From NCBI GenBank assembly GCA_963734495.1, contig CAVTHK010000003.1, positions 256,001 through 320,000 on the forward strand: a stretch of DNA of 64,000 nucleotides, written 5' to 3'. The position numbers were made by a program, and so were the translations under genes. Numbering within the stretch: position 1 is the first letter of the stretch; every line of letters starts with the position of its first letter. This document shows, piece by piece, positions 1 through 11,746 of this stretch. The notes below the pieces were generated by a model. The model made no database searches. It saw nothing but the letters and a program-made list of their open reading frames with translations, and had not been told where the DNA came from. The DNA is from an uncultured Spirochaetota bacterium. GTDB taxonomy: Bacteria; Spirochaetota; Spirochaetia; SZUA-6; CAVTHK01.

Positions 1-682
1 TTCTTCAAGCCGCAGACGCTGAAGCTCGCGTTCGAGGAGAGGTACTTCAGCGCGCTGGGAGGCGGGCTCGACATGCAGTCGTTCCTCGAAGCCGAGATCG
101 AGGTGGTCGAGGAGCTGATCCGCAAGGCGGAGGCGCAGCTGCAGCAGAGCCAGAACGCCCGCGGGCGGCCGCGGCCCGACTTCGCGGACCGCGTCGTGCG
201 GGAGCTGCGGGCGAAGACTGAAAAGTACGACGACGTCGCGTTCCACAAGCAGGCCAACCCGGAGATCCGGCGGCTCGTCGGGGCGGTGAGCCGGCTCGGA
301 GAGGGAGTACATGACGCAGCTGCACGATGCGCTGCGCGACACTTCGTACAATTTCTCTTCGCGGGAGATGCTGGACCTCGACAGCCGGCTGCGCGACCTG
401 ACGTCGCCGGGCGGCAAGGACGCGCCCCCCAGGCTGACGCGCTACGTCGGGCTGCTGAGCGCGTTCCCCCGCGACTACAACGCCGTGGACCGCGAGGAGA
501 AGTCTTTTCTCGTGGATGCGGCGTACCTGCTGCACGACCTGCGCGGGGTCATCGAGCGCGCCCGAGAGTCGTACCGCGATCTCGACGGCGAGAACCAGGC
601 CCGGCTGGATCGTGTCGACGGGTACCTGCTCGGCATCCTCGAGGACTTCCGGCTCAAGGATTTCCGCAGACCCGCTCCTTAG
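1..682 (+). CDS. Hypothetical protein, 5'-truncated by window edge; probable frameshift near 300
   Basis: Frame +1 is open from base 1 (FFKPQTLKLAFEERYFS...MQSFLEAEIE). Protein-like sequence continues in ORF 311..682 (MTQLHDALRD...DFRRPAP), whose stop overlaps the trxA RBS. Confidence 0.6.
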
Positions 683-690
683 GAGGAACG

Positions 691-1011
691 ATGAGCATCG
701 TCAAGGTCACGACCGATACGTTCAAGAGCGAAGTGCTCGATTCGGATCAGGTCGTGCTTGCAGACTTCTGGGCAGTCTGGTGCATGCCCTGCCGCATGAT
801 GGAACCCGTCGTGGAGAAGCTCGCCCTGGCCCACGACGGCAAGCTCAAGGTCGTCAAGGTGAACGTCGACGAAGAGGAAGCCCTCGCCGGCAGATACACG
901 ATTCAGAGCATCCCGACCTTTCTGGTCTTCCACAAGGGACAGCTCGTCAACCAGGTCATCGGAGCCGTGCCGCAGCGCACGCTGGAGCAGCTCATCAAGG
1001 ACTACGTATAG
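691..1011 (+). CDS. trxA: Thioredoxin
   Basis: AGGAGG RBS at 681-686; MSIVKVTTDTFKSEVL...DFWAVWCMPC...IQSIPT; CxxC active site and cis-Pro motif. Confidence 0.95.
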   Translation: MSIVKVTTDTFKSEVLDSDQVVLADFWAVWCMPCRMMEPVVEKLALAHDGKLKVVKVNVDEEEALAGRYTIQSIPTFLVFHKGQLVNQVIGAVPQRTLEQLIKDYV

Positions 1012-1209
1012 GAAGCGGTCGGACTTTGCGCGGTCGGTTGCCCACGCGGCGCGGAGTGTCCGGCCGCGGCGGACCGCGGCCGATCCAGGACGGCGTCGGA
1101 CCTGAGGCGCGCGGACGCCGACAGCCGCTTGCGACGCGTCCGGGGCTGCTTGCGGGCGCGCCGGGGTCGAGGCGCACGGGGCTGCGTCCGGGCAGCGCCG
1201 CGGCTTGCC

Positions 1210-2224
1210 TCAGGGCGCATACTCCTCCTGCCTGTTCTCGCCGCCGAAGGTGGCCCCTCGCGTCGGCACGATGTACCAGTCCAGACGCGTGCCGGTGTCG
1301 ATTCCACGCCTGCGGCAGATGGATCGCGTGCTCGTGGACAGCTCCGGGATTGACGCCGTCCTCCGGTCGGACGGCCTCGCCTTCGGCCGACCAGCCGCCG
1401 GCCTCCGCGATTTCGAAGGCTCTCGCCATGGTCTCGGCGCTCCCGAACCCGGCGTACTCCGTGTCCGAAGCGGAGGTCCGGTTGCTGTAGAGGATCGCGT
1501 CGAGGACGCCGCCGCCGATCCGCGAGTATACGGACAGCACGCCGTTGTTGCCGTTGAGCCCGCTGGCCCCGCGGACCCAGAAGTCGTAGGCGGTCGCGGA
1601 CGCGTCCAGCCCGCCCGAGAGAGTCTTGCTCGTGGTCTCGTCGACTTCCTCCGGGAGGCCCTCCGGCTTGAAATGAGCGAGGACGAAGTCGCCCGCCTCC
1701 ACCCGGAATGCGGGAAACACGATCCGGTCCGTCCAGCTGCCCGCGGTGCCGTTGCAGAGGACGACTCCGCCCATGTCGCCCGCTGATTCGAGGCGCAGCT
1801 CCACGATATCGGGGTGCGTGCTGCTGCCCCTGACGGTGAGCTCGTTGATGAGCAGCGAAGGCACATCGGCGTTGAAGCCGTACAGAGGCACGACGATGGC
1901 GGCGGTGTTGCCGCGGGCATCCGCGACGGTCAACTCGACGAGGTACGGGGCGCCGGGAGTCTGGACGCCGGTGTCGAGGAGCAGGCAGTCGCCCTCCGGC
2001 TGCGCCCGCGACAGCGAGAGCGGCGGGTCGCTCGCAAACGAGCCGGCGACGAGGGTCACCGGCTCGGAGAAGCGCATCTCCGCGCTCCCCGGGGCCGTGC
2101 ACGCCGCGGCCAGGAGCACGGGCGGGGTCAGGTCGATGTCCGCGGCGGCCCTTCCGTCGGCCTCCGGGCCGCAGGCCCCGAGGATCAGGCCGGCGCAGAG
2201 CGCCCACGCGCTCATTCTCTTCAT
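1210..2224 (-). CDS. Lipoprotein with Ig-like and lamin-tail-like domains; frameshift near 1345
   Basis: Signal peptide with lipobox (LILGAC); LLINEL...DIVEL motif typical of lamin-tail domains; C-terminus (STRSICR...DWYIVPTRGATFG) lies in ORF 1210..1920. Confidence 0.65.
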
Positions 2225-2361
2225 GCTGCCTCCTCGCTTGATGTCTACTTCGTTCAACGCGAGGGCGGATCGTGCGCATTGGGTCCGCCGGCCGTGCCCG
2301 GCCGCGACAAAGGCGCCGCGCGGCGGTCTTTACTCTTGCGGGCGCTTGCCCGTATGATGAA

Positions 2362-2447
2362 AGCGCGCGGGAAGACCGCGCGGAAGAAGCGCGGCGGGCC
2401 GCGTCCGGGGCGCGGCGGACGTGCAAGAGCGCGCGGGAAGACCGCGC
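2362..2447 (+). repeat. Two exact 20-bp direct repeats AGCGCGCGGGAAGACCGCGC (2362-2381, 2428-2447)
   Basis: Read directly from sequence; each copy can fold as GCGCGG-GAAGA-CCGCGC. Confidence 0.85.
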
Positions 2448-2459
2448 TAGGGGCACGCG

Positions 2460-3073
2460 ATGGCTGAAGAGACGATCCTCTACCAGAAGTTCGGCCGGAC
2501 GGTAAAGCCCGGAGAGAACGTCTTCTCCGAGGGCGATACCGGCGACCAGATGTTCATCATCCAGGAAGGCAGGGTCAAGGTCACCAAGAACCTGAGCGGC
2601 CGCGAGCACGTCCTTTCGACGCTGGGCAAAGGGCGATTTCTTCGGCGAGATGGCGATCGTCAACAACGTCCGGCGGACCGCGACGGTGACGGCGCTGACG
2701 GAGGTGCACCTGCTCGCGTTCAACCGCGAAGGGTTCCTCAGCATGGTGACGAAGAACGCCAAGATCGCGCTCAACATCATCGACAAGCTCTGCAGGCGCC
2801 TGCAGAACATGAACACGCAGATCCAGCACCTGCTCAAGCACAACTCGCGCGGCCTGGTCGCGCTCAACCTCAACTACGCTTTCCGCGGCGCCGAAGGCGG
2901 CGTCATCCGCACCGACCGCGCGATCGAGGAGATCGCCGTGAACCTGCAGATCTCGATCGACGACGTGCAAGGCGGTCGTCGACAAGCTCGCGGCCGATGG
3001 CGTGATCGCGACGCAGGGCAACCAGATCCTGCTGGTCGATCCCGCGAAGCTGCTCGCCGAGGCGGAAAAGTAG
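2460..3073 (+). CDS. Crp/Fnr-family cyclic-nucleotide-binding protein; frameshifts near 2635 and 2970
   Basis: VFSEGDTGDQMFIIQEGRVKV, (F)FGEMAIV...RTATVTALT cNMP-binding motifs; C-terminal winged-helix-like tail ending at TAG 3071-3073. Confidence 0.85.
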
Positions 3074-3080
3074 GCGGGTT

Positions 3081-3660
3081 TCAGCCCCGGTCTTGGGGGC
3101 CGCTTCCGCAGGCGGTGCCGCGGGTGCAGGCGGGCGAGCCGCGGGCGCAGGCGGTGCCGTGGTGCAGGCGCAGGCGGTGCCGCTGGTGCAGGCGCAGGCG
3201 GTGCCGCGGTGCAGGCGCAGGCGCGGGTGCAGGTGCAGGCGCCGCCGCGAGCGCGGCCGGTGCCGGCTTGCGGTTCTTCAGGATAATGCCCCTGACCTTC
3301 TCTGCGAGCACGCGCGGCCCGCGGAGGGAGCGGGGGCGCGTCCGCGGGCTGGTTTTCGTAACGGGCCAGCAGCTGGTCGAACAGCTCGATCGCCTTGTCG
3401 TCGTCACCGAGCTTGTGATGGAGAAGGGCGATCTCGTACGACGCCCAGATGTTGCGCGCCGCGTCGTTGGGGAACTTGGCCTGGAACGCCTCGTAGTATC
3501 GCAGCGCGAGGCGGTAGTTGTCCTTGTCGGACGCTTCGATCGCGCGCTGGAAGTACTGGTCCGGCGTGAGATCCTGCGCGAGCGGATCGACAGTGCTGCG
3601 ACAGCCTGCTGCCGCGACCAGAGCGAGAACGACCGCGATCCAGGCAGCAGGGCGCGTCAT
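3081..3660 (-). CDS. TPR lipoprotein (BamD-like) with Pro/Ala-rich tail; frameshifted
   Basis: Lipobox AAGC; YFQRAIEASDKDNYRLALRYYEAF...WASYEIALLH TPR helices; repetitive PAPAPA tail at about 3100-3260. Confidence 0.7.
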
Positions 3661-3972
3661 CAGTAGCTGTAGGCCTCGTCTTTGATCGGGAGGTTCTTCT
3701 TGAGCTCCCGCAGGTACTCCCGCGAGTCGCCCATCGGTTCGTAGCGCTCGCATTCGTCGATGGCGCGCCGTACGACCGTGAAGTACTTGTAGAGCTTCTC
3801 CGTGCCCAGGCGCTTTCGCCACTTGCCGGCGATGCACCGCACGCGCAGGTTGTACTGGCCGCTGCTCGCGGCGGGCACACGCACCAGCTTGCAGCTTCTG
3901 ACAATTCGCGCAGTAGATCTTGCCCCTGCGAGGATCACTGCCGTCGAGCACTTCGCGCACCGCGTCGGACAT
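3660..3972 (-). CDS. Small Cys-containing conserved hypothetical protein; frameshift near 3895
   Basis: GGAGG RBS; KIYCANC..CKLVR...RVRC..GKWRK...C..YEPMG; its stop codon overlaps the start of the next gene. Confidence 0.65.
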
Positions 3973-4027
3973 CCGTGATGCCTCCGCTATCCTATGCCGG
4001 CATACTACAATAATCGTCCGAGCGCGG

Positions 4028-5254
4028 TCAATAGTTGAAGGCCTGCGCCCGCCGCGCCGCGTCGCGCGCCTGCGGCACGCGCACTACCGCGCGAACGGCG
4101 CCGTGAGCATGTCCATGATCTGCGCCGCTCGCGGCCAGGGGACGTCCCTTGAGCGCCTTCCTTCTCGGAGAAGCCGGCCGCACGCGTCGGGCTCGACGTC
4201 CGTTCCGGCCAGCGCGAACGGGCACGGCGTCCCGCGTGTGGGTCTTCACGTAGCAGGGCGTCGGGTGGTCGGGCATCACGAGGATGCGCCACTGCGCGTA
4301 CCGGCGCGAGCGCGTCGAGCAGCGGCGCGACGATGGCGCGGTCGATCTCCTCGAGGCTGCGCACCTTCTCCTGCCATTCCCCGCGGTGGCCTGCTTCGTC
4401 CGGCGCCTCGATGTGCACGCAGACGAGGTCGTGGTCGGCGAGAGCCGCCACGCCCGCGGCGCCCTTGCCGCGGAAGTTGGTGTCCGTGTTCCCGGTGGCG
4501 CCCGTCCACCTCGATCGTCGGCCAGCCGATGAGGCTGCCGAGGCCGCGCGCGAGGTCCACGGCGCAGACCATGGCGCCGCGCAGGCCCCGCCGCCGTGCC
4601 GCGAACGGCTCGAGGCGGGCCGGCTTGCCCTGGCCCCAGAGCCAGATCGACGACACGCCTCGGCGGGCGCCGCGCCGCGGAAGAGGTCGCGGCTGCGCTC
4701 GATCATCGCCACAAGCGGCTCCGAGCCCTCGCCCGCGGGCAGATGGCGGGCGAAGGGCTGCCCGAGGATGTCGTGAGGGGCAGTGGTGCGCACGCCCGAG
4801 GCGTCGTGCGACCATACCATGAGGTTGCGGTAGCTCACCCCGGAGTAGAAGCGCGCCTCGGGCACTCCCATCTCGCGGTTGAGCGCATCCACGAGGCCGG
4901 CCGCGTCGCGCGCTGGAGACCCCCCCGCCGGAGTGGTCCTTCATCAGGTCGCCGTCGAGGGTCACGAGGTTGCAGCGGAAGACCCAGTCGCCGTCGGCGA
5001 CGGGTACGCCGCGGGCCGCCGCCTCGATGGGCGCCCGTCCCGTGTGGTCCCGCTCGGGGTCGTAGCCGAGGACCGACATGATGGCCACGTCGCTCCCGGC
5101 CTCCATGCTGTCGGGAATGCAGTGGACGGTCCCGCTGCGGCCCCGTCGGACGATGCCGTCCATGGCCGGGATGTCCGCCGCCTCCAGGGGTGTGCGGCCT
5201 GCCGAGCTCGCGCATCGGCAGGTCCGCCGCCCCGTCGATGATGACGAGGGCCAT
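4028..5254 (-). CDS. apgM: Cofactor-independent phosphoglycerate mutase family protein (ApgM-like, possible homoserine kinase); several frameshifts
   Basis: LVIIDGAAD, GSDVA (phospho-Ser), TGRAPIEA, FRCNL, HIEAPDEAGH, DHPTP and TH metal-binding motifs spread over several frames. Confidence 0.85.
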
Positions 5255-5261
5255 CTTGGCC

Positions 5262-6580
5262 TCAGAGCTCTTCGGGGTGCTCATCAACGATCTCGATCCA
5301 GGTCGTCGGTGCCCTTGACGACCGGAAGCCGGTCGATCGACGCGAGGGCGTCGCGCAGCCTTCCCTCGCTGGCCCTGTACGTCGTGATCACGACCGGGAC
5401 CCCCTCCGACGGCTGGCGCACCATCCGGCAGCTCCTTCTGCAGCACCGAGCTGATGCTGATCTCGTTGTCGCCGAGCCGCGAGGCGATCTGGGCGAGGAC
5501 GCCAGGGGAATCCTCGCACATCACGCGGAGGTAGTAGCGGCTCTGGTTCGACGCCTGGTCGAGCGGTCGCGCCGTCGGCGCCCGGTCCGGCCACAGGAAG
5601 GTCGCGAAGAACGGCTGCGCCGTCCCCGCCGCGATGGCGTGGATGTCGGCGACGACGGCCGAGGCCGTCGGCCGCCCGCCCGCGCCCCGGCCGTAGTACA
5701 TCGTGTGGCCCGTGGCGTGCCCGTACACGCTGATCGCGTTGAACGGCCCGGACACCCACGCGAGGGGGTGCTCCTTGGAGATGAAGGCGGGCCTCACGTA
5801 GAGATTCACCCCGTCGCGGCGCTGTTTCGCGACCGCCAGCAGCTTGACGACGAAGCCCAGCTCCTGGCCGTAAGCCACGTCGCGTGCCTGGAGCGTGTCG
5901 ATGCCGGAGACGGGGATGGAATCGAAGACGATCCGCTCGCCGAACGCCAGGGCGGAGAGGATCGCGAGCTTGTGCGCCGTGTCGGTGCCGCTCACGTCGA
6001 GGGTCGGGTCGGCCTCGGCGAGGCCCGCCGCCTGCGCCTCGGCGAGCGCCTCGCGGTAGCCCTTGCCCTCGCGCGTCATCTCGGTGAGGATGTAGTTGCA
6101 GGTCCCGTTGAGGATCCCGTAGAGCGCCGTGATGCGGTTCGCGATGAGGCCCTGGGTCACGGCCGCCACCACCGGGATCCCGCCGCCGCAGCTCGCCTCG
6201 AAGCCCATGCTGACGCCGTGCTTGCGGGCGAGCGACAGCAGCTCGTTTCCGTGGTGCGCGAGCAGCGCCTTGTTGGCCGTGACGACGTGCTTGCCCGCGC
6301 GCAGCGCCCGCTCGATGATGTCCCTGGCCGCGGTCAGGCCGCCGACCAGCTCGACCACCACCTGGATCGAAGGATCGGACAGCACCTTGTCGTAGTCGCC
6401 GCAGAACAGCTCCTCGGGCAAGCCGTTGGCGCGCGCGTTGGCAAAGTCGCGGTCGACGATGTACTTGAGCTCTATGCGGCTGTCTGTGCGCGCCGCGACG
6501 ACGGCGCGTTCCTGCGTGAGAAGCCTTGCTGTGGCTGCGCCCACTGTGCCGCAGCCGACGAGGGCGACATTCGTGTTCAA
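5262..6580 (-). CDS. hom: Homoserine dehydrogenase with C-terminal ACT domain; frameshifts near the 3' end
   Basis: GCGTVG, VVTANKALLA, FEASCGGGIP, GILNGTCNYIL, AEADPTLDVSG, GRGAGG; ACT domain YYLRVMCEDSPGVLA. Confidence 0.95.
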
Positions 6581-6611
6581 AAGAGGTTCTCCGAGCGCAG
6601 AGATCGTCCCG

Positions 6612-6640
6612 ATCGTATCGGCCCGGGCAGCGTGTGTCAA
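6612..6640 (-). promoter_or_regulatory. Sigma70-type promoter for hom
   Basis: Minus strand TTGACA-N17-TACGAT. Confidence 0.75.
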
Positions 6641-6754
6641 GGACGCCGCCCGACGGCCGCGGCGGGCGGGACGGCGCGCCGAGGCACCGCGTGACGCAAA
6701 TCCGGCGGCGGGGTGATACAATAGGCGACAAGACCCGCGCAAGGACAAACACCG

Positions 6755-7824
6755 ATGAGAAAGGCCCTGTTCCTGCCTGATCCTGCTCGCATCCTGCGCC
6801 CTCGCCTTCGCGGAGCAGGTCGGCGAGATCCTCTTTGTGGACGGCGACGTCGACTCCTGCGCAACGAGCAGACGCTCACCGGGGCCGAGCTCGACATCGG
6901 CGGCGCCGATCGAGAACCTGGACCGCTTGCGCACCGGTGATGGACGGCCAGGTGACGATCGCGATCACGGCGTCGTACGGGGCGCCGGCGGAGATCCGCA
7001 TCGCCCCGCGAACGACCTTCTACGTCGAGATCGAGCAGACGGAGCGCCGCAGCACGACCACGCTCGGTCTCATGACCGGATCGATCGGACTCAAGGTGCA
7101 GAAGCTCAGCGGCAACCGCGACCTCGCGGTGCGGACGGACACCACGGTGATGGGCGTGCGGGGCACGACGTTCGACGTCAGCACCTCGCCCGCGGGCGAC
7201 GTGCTCGTGAGCACCCAGGAGGGGTCGGTCGCCTGCTCGGACTCCGAGAAGGGCGGCGAGATCGTCGCCGAGCCGGGGCAGGTCGTCGAGAGGCGCGTCG
7301 ACGACGGCACCTTCCGCTCGATCCCGGTCGCCGTCTCGAGCCTCGAGCAGTTCCGCCGCGACTGGATCGCCGAGCGCATCGCGGTGTTCCGCAGCAACGC
7401 CCTCCGCGTGACGCGGTCCTACGCGCAGCGCTACGACCAGCTGGTCGGCGAGTTCAACGATGCCTACGGCGACCTGATGCGCAACGGCGAGATCCTGGCC
7501 AAGTGGGTCCGGGAGGACAGGCAGGGCGGGATCGGCAGCCGTCTCGAGATCATGCGCGAGAAGCGGGCCGTCGTCGGCTCCCTGTTCCGGCTGCGCAGGA
7601 CGCTCTTCGTGTTCGAGCGCGTCTATTTCAGGCTCGCCGAGCTCGAGGGCTACTACAATGAGGGCGTCGGCCGCGGCGACCTGCGCCCCGGCCTGTCGGC
7701 AGCCCAGTTCTGGGCGCGCGTCGCGTCCGACCGCAGGGACCTCGCGGCGAAGATGGCGCGGGTCCGCTACGTGATCAAGCTCTACGCGAAGCGCAACGAC
7801 GGCCAGTTCCCCGGCGAGTCCTGA
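6755..7824 (+). CDS. Secreted FecR-domain protein; frameshifts in the 5' part
   Basis: Signal peptide MRKALFL..; VRTDTTVMGVRGTTFDV and VSTQEGSV FecR motifs; TG-n-TACAAT upstream at 6714-6722. Confidence 0.75.
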
Positions 7825-7911
7825 CCGGGTCGCTCGGGCCGGGACCGGTTCCGGAAACGGGACGGGAGCGCGGCGCATTTCGGCTATCGGGGCGGACCCG
7901 ACGGAGGCAAC

Positions 7912-7946
7912 AAAAAGAGACCGGCTCGCGCCGGTCTCTTTCTTTT
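7912..7946. terminator. Bidirectional intrinsic terminator
   Basis: AAAAAGAGACCGG-CTCGCG-CCGGTCTCTTTCTTTT hairpin flanked by A/T tracts, between convergent genes. Confidence 0.85.
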
Positions 7947-8045
7947 CGGTTTTGGAGGCTCCGCGGTCCAGGAGCCTGTCGGACTTTCGGCAGGCCGTCG
8001 CTCGCGCCCCTGCCGGTTGTCTGGCCGCGGCGGACCGCGGCCGGC

Positions 8046-9143
<1,098 letters not shown>

Positions 9144-9188
9144 GCAGCTACCTCCAGGCGCTGAGCGAGATTATTCTATGGTTCCGGT

Positions 9189-9217
9189 AGTGTAACTCGT
9201 CGATGTCGCGTTGTCAA
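9189..9217 (-). promoter_or_regulatory. Sigma70-type promoter for the ABC ATPase
   Basis: Minus strand TTGACA-N17-TACACT. Confidence 0.75.
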
Positions 9218-9379
9218 ACGATATTTGCGCATCCGGAGCCTCCGGAGGCCTCCTGACGCGTCTAGGACGGGCCGCGGAAGCCCCTCGAGACCGGCCTCAC
9301 GGCACCCGCAGGCCGGGGGATGCGGCCACGAGCTGCCCGGGCGCGGCGCCAAAGGCGTCCTGATCCGTTGCGCCCGCGA

Positions 9380-10600
9380 TCATCTGAACCCGGCGGCCTC
9401 GAGCTTCTTGCGGAGCGGGGTCTGGGCGCTTCCGGCCAGCACCGCCTCTCGCAGCCACGGAAGGACCACCCCGTCCCGGACCGTGCCCCAGCCGGCCGGA
9501 AGCGGCTCCGGCGCGAGGAGCATGTCTCTGGGCGGGATGTGGCCGACGAACACAGGGTAGTGGTGCGGCTGCGGCAGGTCGTTCTCGGCCACGGCCACGA
9601 GCGCCGGCAGCCCGTCGGCCACGCCGAAGACGCCGGGCAGGCGCTTGAAGTGGTTGGTCTCCATCAGCCGGATCTGAGTCTGAGGCTGGAACAGCCAGAG
9701 GAGAAAACGCCGGGCGCCCCGGGGATTGCGCGAACCTCTGAGGGAACCGGCGTGGAGGACCTCGCTCACGGGGATCCGGTCCTTCTCGCCGAGCCAGCGG
9801 AAGTCCAGGTTCTGCCGCTTCTCCGGGGGGATGGCGAGGAACTCGCGCGAGTCCGACAGGTAGAACAGGATCCGGCTGTCCTCGATCAGCCGGTAGTAGG
9901 GGACGTGCAGGTACTTGGAATCGAAATCCCGCAGGTCGTCCGTGTTCAGGCTCTTTGACCAGTCCCGGAAACGATTCAGCGTCCCCTCGAGCACGGAGTC
10001 GTCCCACTGCACGCTGCGGCCGTCGCTCGAGCGGAAAGCGACTCCGTCGAGGGCAGCCGTGTAGTAGACGAACGCAGGCCGCCACGCCGGCGAAAAGCCG
10101 ACCTTGCGGGCGATCCGGCTCTTCTGCGCATCGAACTCGGCCGCCTTGGCGCGTATGTACTCCGGCGTGACGTAGCTTGCCGGAGCCTCTTCGGCGAGCG
10201 CCGCGGGCTTGAACACCACCATCGGCAGATTGAAGGAAACCGGCAGAAGGTACTGGTTGTTGTCCTGGCGGCCGGTCTCCAGCAGCGCCTTGTAGAACGA
10301 CCGCGGGTCCAGCCTGCCCTTGCCGAACAGGTCTCCGACCGATCGGAAGTGCTCCCGCATGTCGGGGCCGGCCATTCCCGCGGCCACCACGACGTCCGCC
10401 CCCGTGCCTCCCTTGCGCACCGCGGCCGCGGGGTCCGGCCGGTAAACGAGCTCCACCTTGACGTCGCGCTGCGCGGCGTTGAACACCTCCACGTAAGCTG
10501 CCATCTCGCTCCTGTCGGTCAGCAGGTAGACGGTGAAGGCAGACCTCTGTGAGCACCCGGCGACGAGCACGGCGAAGAACAAGGGGAAGGCGACTCTCAT
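9380..10600 (-). CDS. Extracellular solute-binding lipoprotein
   Basis: Lipobox VAGC; LPVSFNLPMVVF and GARRFLLWLF motifs resembling sugar-binding proteins; next to a MalK-type ATPase. Confidence 0.7.
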   Translation of the reverse strand: MRVAFPLFFAVLVAGCSQRSAFTVYLLTDRSEMAAYVEVFNAAQRDVKVELVYRPDPAAAVRKGGTGADVVVAAGMAGPDMREHFRSVGDLFGKGRLDPRSFYKALLETGRQDNNQYLLPVSFNLPMVVFKPAALAEEAPASYVTPEYIRAKAAEFDAQKSRIARKVGFSPAWRPAFVYYTAALDGVAFRSSDGRSVQWDDSVLEGTLNRFRDWSKSLNTDDLRDFDSKYLHVPYYRLIEDSRILFYLSDSREFLAIPPEKRQNLDFRWLGEKDRIPVSEVLHAGSLRGSRNPRGARRFLLWLFQPQTQIRLMETNHFKRLPGVFGVADGLPALVAVAENDLPQPHHYPVFVGHIPPRDMLLAPEPLPAGWGTVRDGVVLPWLREAVLAGSAQTPLRKKLEAAGFR

Positions 10601-10611
10601 ACGGTGCGCCG

Positions 10612-10640
10612 ACTCTAGGGAAGGTGTCCCGCCTTGTCAA
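10612..10640 (-). promoter_or_regulatory. Sigma70-type promoter, 11 nt upstream of the start codon
   Basis: Minus strand TTGACA-N17-TAGAGT. Confidence 0.7.
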
Positions 10641-10706
10641 GAAACGACCCTGCCGGCGCCTGCCGGCGTGTTGAGCAAGCGGAGCGAAAGCGTCAGACTC
10701 TCCGGC

Positions 10707-11684
10707 ATGCCGGCCACGGAGCGCTACTCCTCCTATGCCGCCTACCTCCGGCGCCGCTACGGGGAGCCGGTCCACCGCGTCGCGGTGGACGCCGGGTTCT
10801 CATGCCCGCACAGGAGCGCGGACCGGCGCTCCGGGGGCTGCACGTTCTGCGGAGAGAGCGGCTCGCGAGCTCCCTACCTCGGCCCCGCGGACCGCAGCCC
10901 CGGCCCGGCCGGCTCGCCGACGGCCCTCGAGTCCCTCCGCGCGCAGATAGCGCGCGGAACGGCATTTCTGGAGCACCGCTACGGCGCGCGAGCCTTCATT
11001 CTCTATTTCCAGGCGTTCTCGAACACGTTCGCGCCCCTCGCGGCCCTGCGGGCGACCTACGACGCGGGCCTCGCCGCGGCGCCGTTCCGCGGCCTCGTGG
11101 TGTCCACCAGGCCCGACTGCGTGGACGCCGAGCGGGCGGCCCTGCTCGCGGGCTACCAGGGACCCGAGCGGGAGGTGTGGGTCGAGCTCGGGCTGCAGTC
11201 GGCCTGCGAGCGGACGCTGCGCCGGATCCGCCGCGGCCACGGGGCGGCCGCTTTCGAGCGCGCGTTTGCCCTGCTGCGCGAGCGCGGCCTGCGGGTGACG
11301 CCGCACCTGATCTTCGGGCTCCCGGGGGAGGGGTGGGAGGAGATCGAGGCGACGATCGACCTCGTCGCCCGCCTCGCTCCAGACGGCGTGAAGATCCACA
11401 ACCTCCACGTCCCCGTCGGGACTCCGCTCGCGGGCGAAGCGCGCGCGGGCGAGCTCGCGGTCCTGTCCGCCGAGAGGCACCTGGATTACGTGATCCGCGC
11501 GCTCGAGCGGCTGCCCCGGTCGACCGTGGTGGTGCGGCTCACCTGCGACACGCAGGCGGACCGGCTGGCGCTTCCCCGGCGCTTCCTCGACAAGGCGGCG
11601 TTCAGGCGCCTGTTGCTCGCGGAGATGGCCGCGCGCGACACCTGGCAGGGGCGGCTGCGGGGCGAGCCGCGGCCCGAGGGCTGA
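10707..11684 (+). CDS. Radical SAM protein, TIGR01212/YhcC family
   Basis: DAGFSCPHR...GCTFC, YFQAFSNT, STRPDC, ELGLQS, GVKIHNLH. Confidence 0.9.
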   Translation: MPATERYSSYAAYLRRRYGEPVHRVAVDAGFSCPHRSADRRSGGCTFCGESGSRAPYLGPADRSPGPAGSPTALESLRAQIARGTAFLEHRYGARAFILYFQAFSNTFAPLAALRATYDAGLAAAPFRGLVVSTRPDCVDAERAALLAGYQGPEREVWVELGLQSACERTLRRIRRGHGAAAFERAFALLRERGLRVTPHLIFGLPGEGWEEIEATIDLVARLAPDGVKIHNLHVPVGTPLAGEARAGELAVLSAERHLDYVIRALERLPRSTVVVRLTCDTQADRLALPRRFLDKAAFRRLLLAEMAARDTWQGRLRGEPRPEG

Positions 11685-11746
11685 CGGCGCCTGTACAGGG
11701 CGGCGGGCGCTCGTGTATCCTCGGGCGAAAACAAGGAGCAGGCAGG

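Noticed and set aside
73-1011. 312-aa thioredoxin fusion ORF
   Set aside because: trxA has its own RBS and ATG at 691; the apparent fusion arises from a frameshift in the upstream gene.
3100-3260. Tandem GCAGGCGGTGCCG-like repeats as a non-coding array
   Set aside because: They encode the Pro/Ala-rich tail of the lipoprotein on the minus strand.
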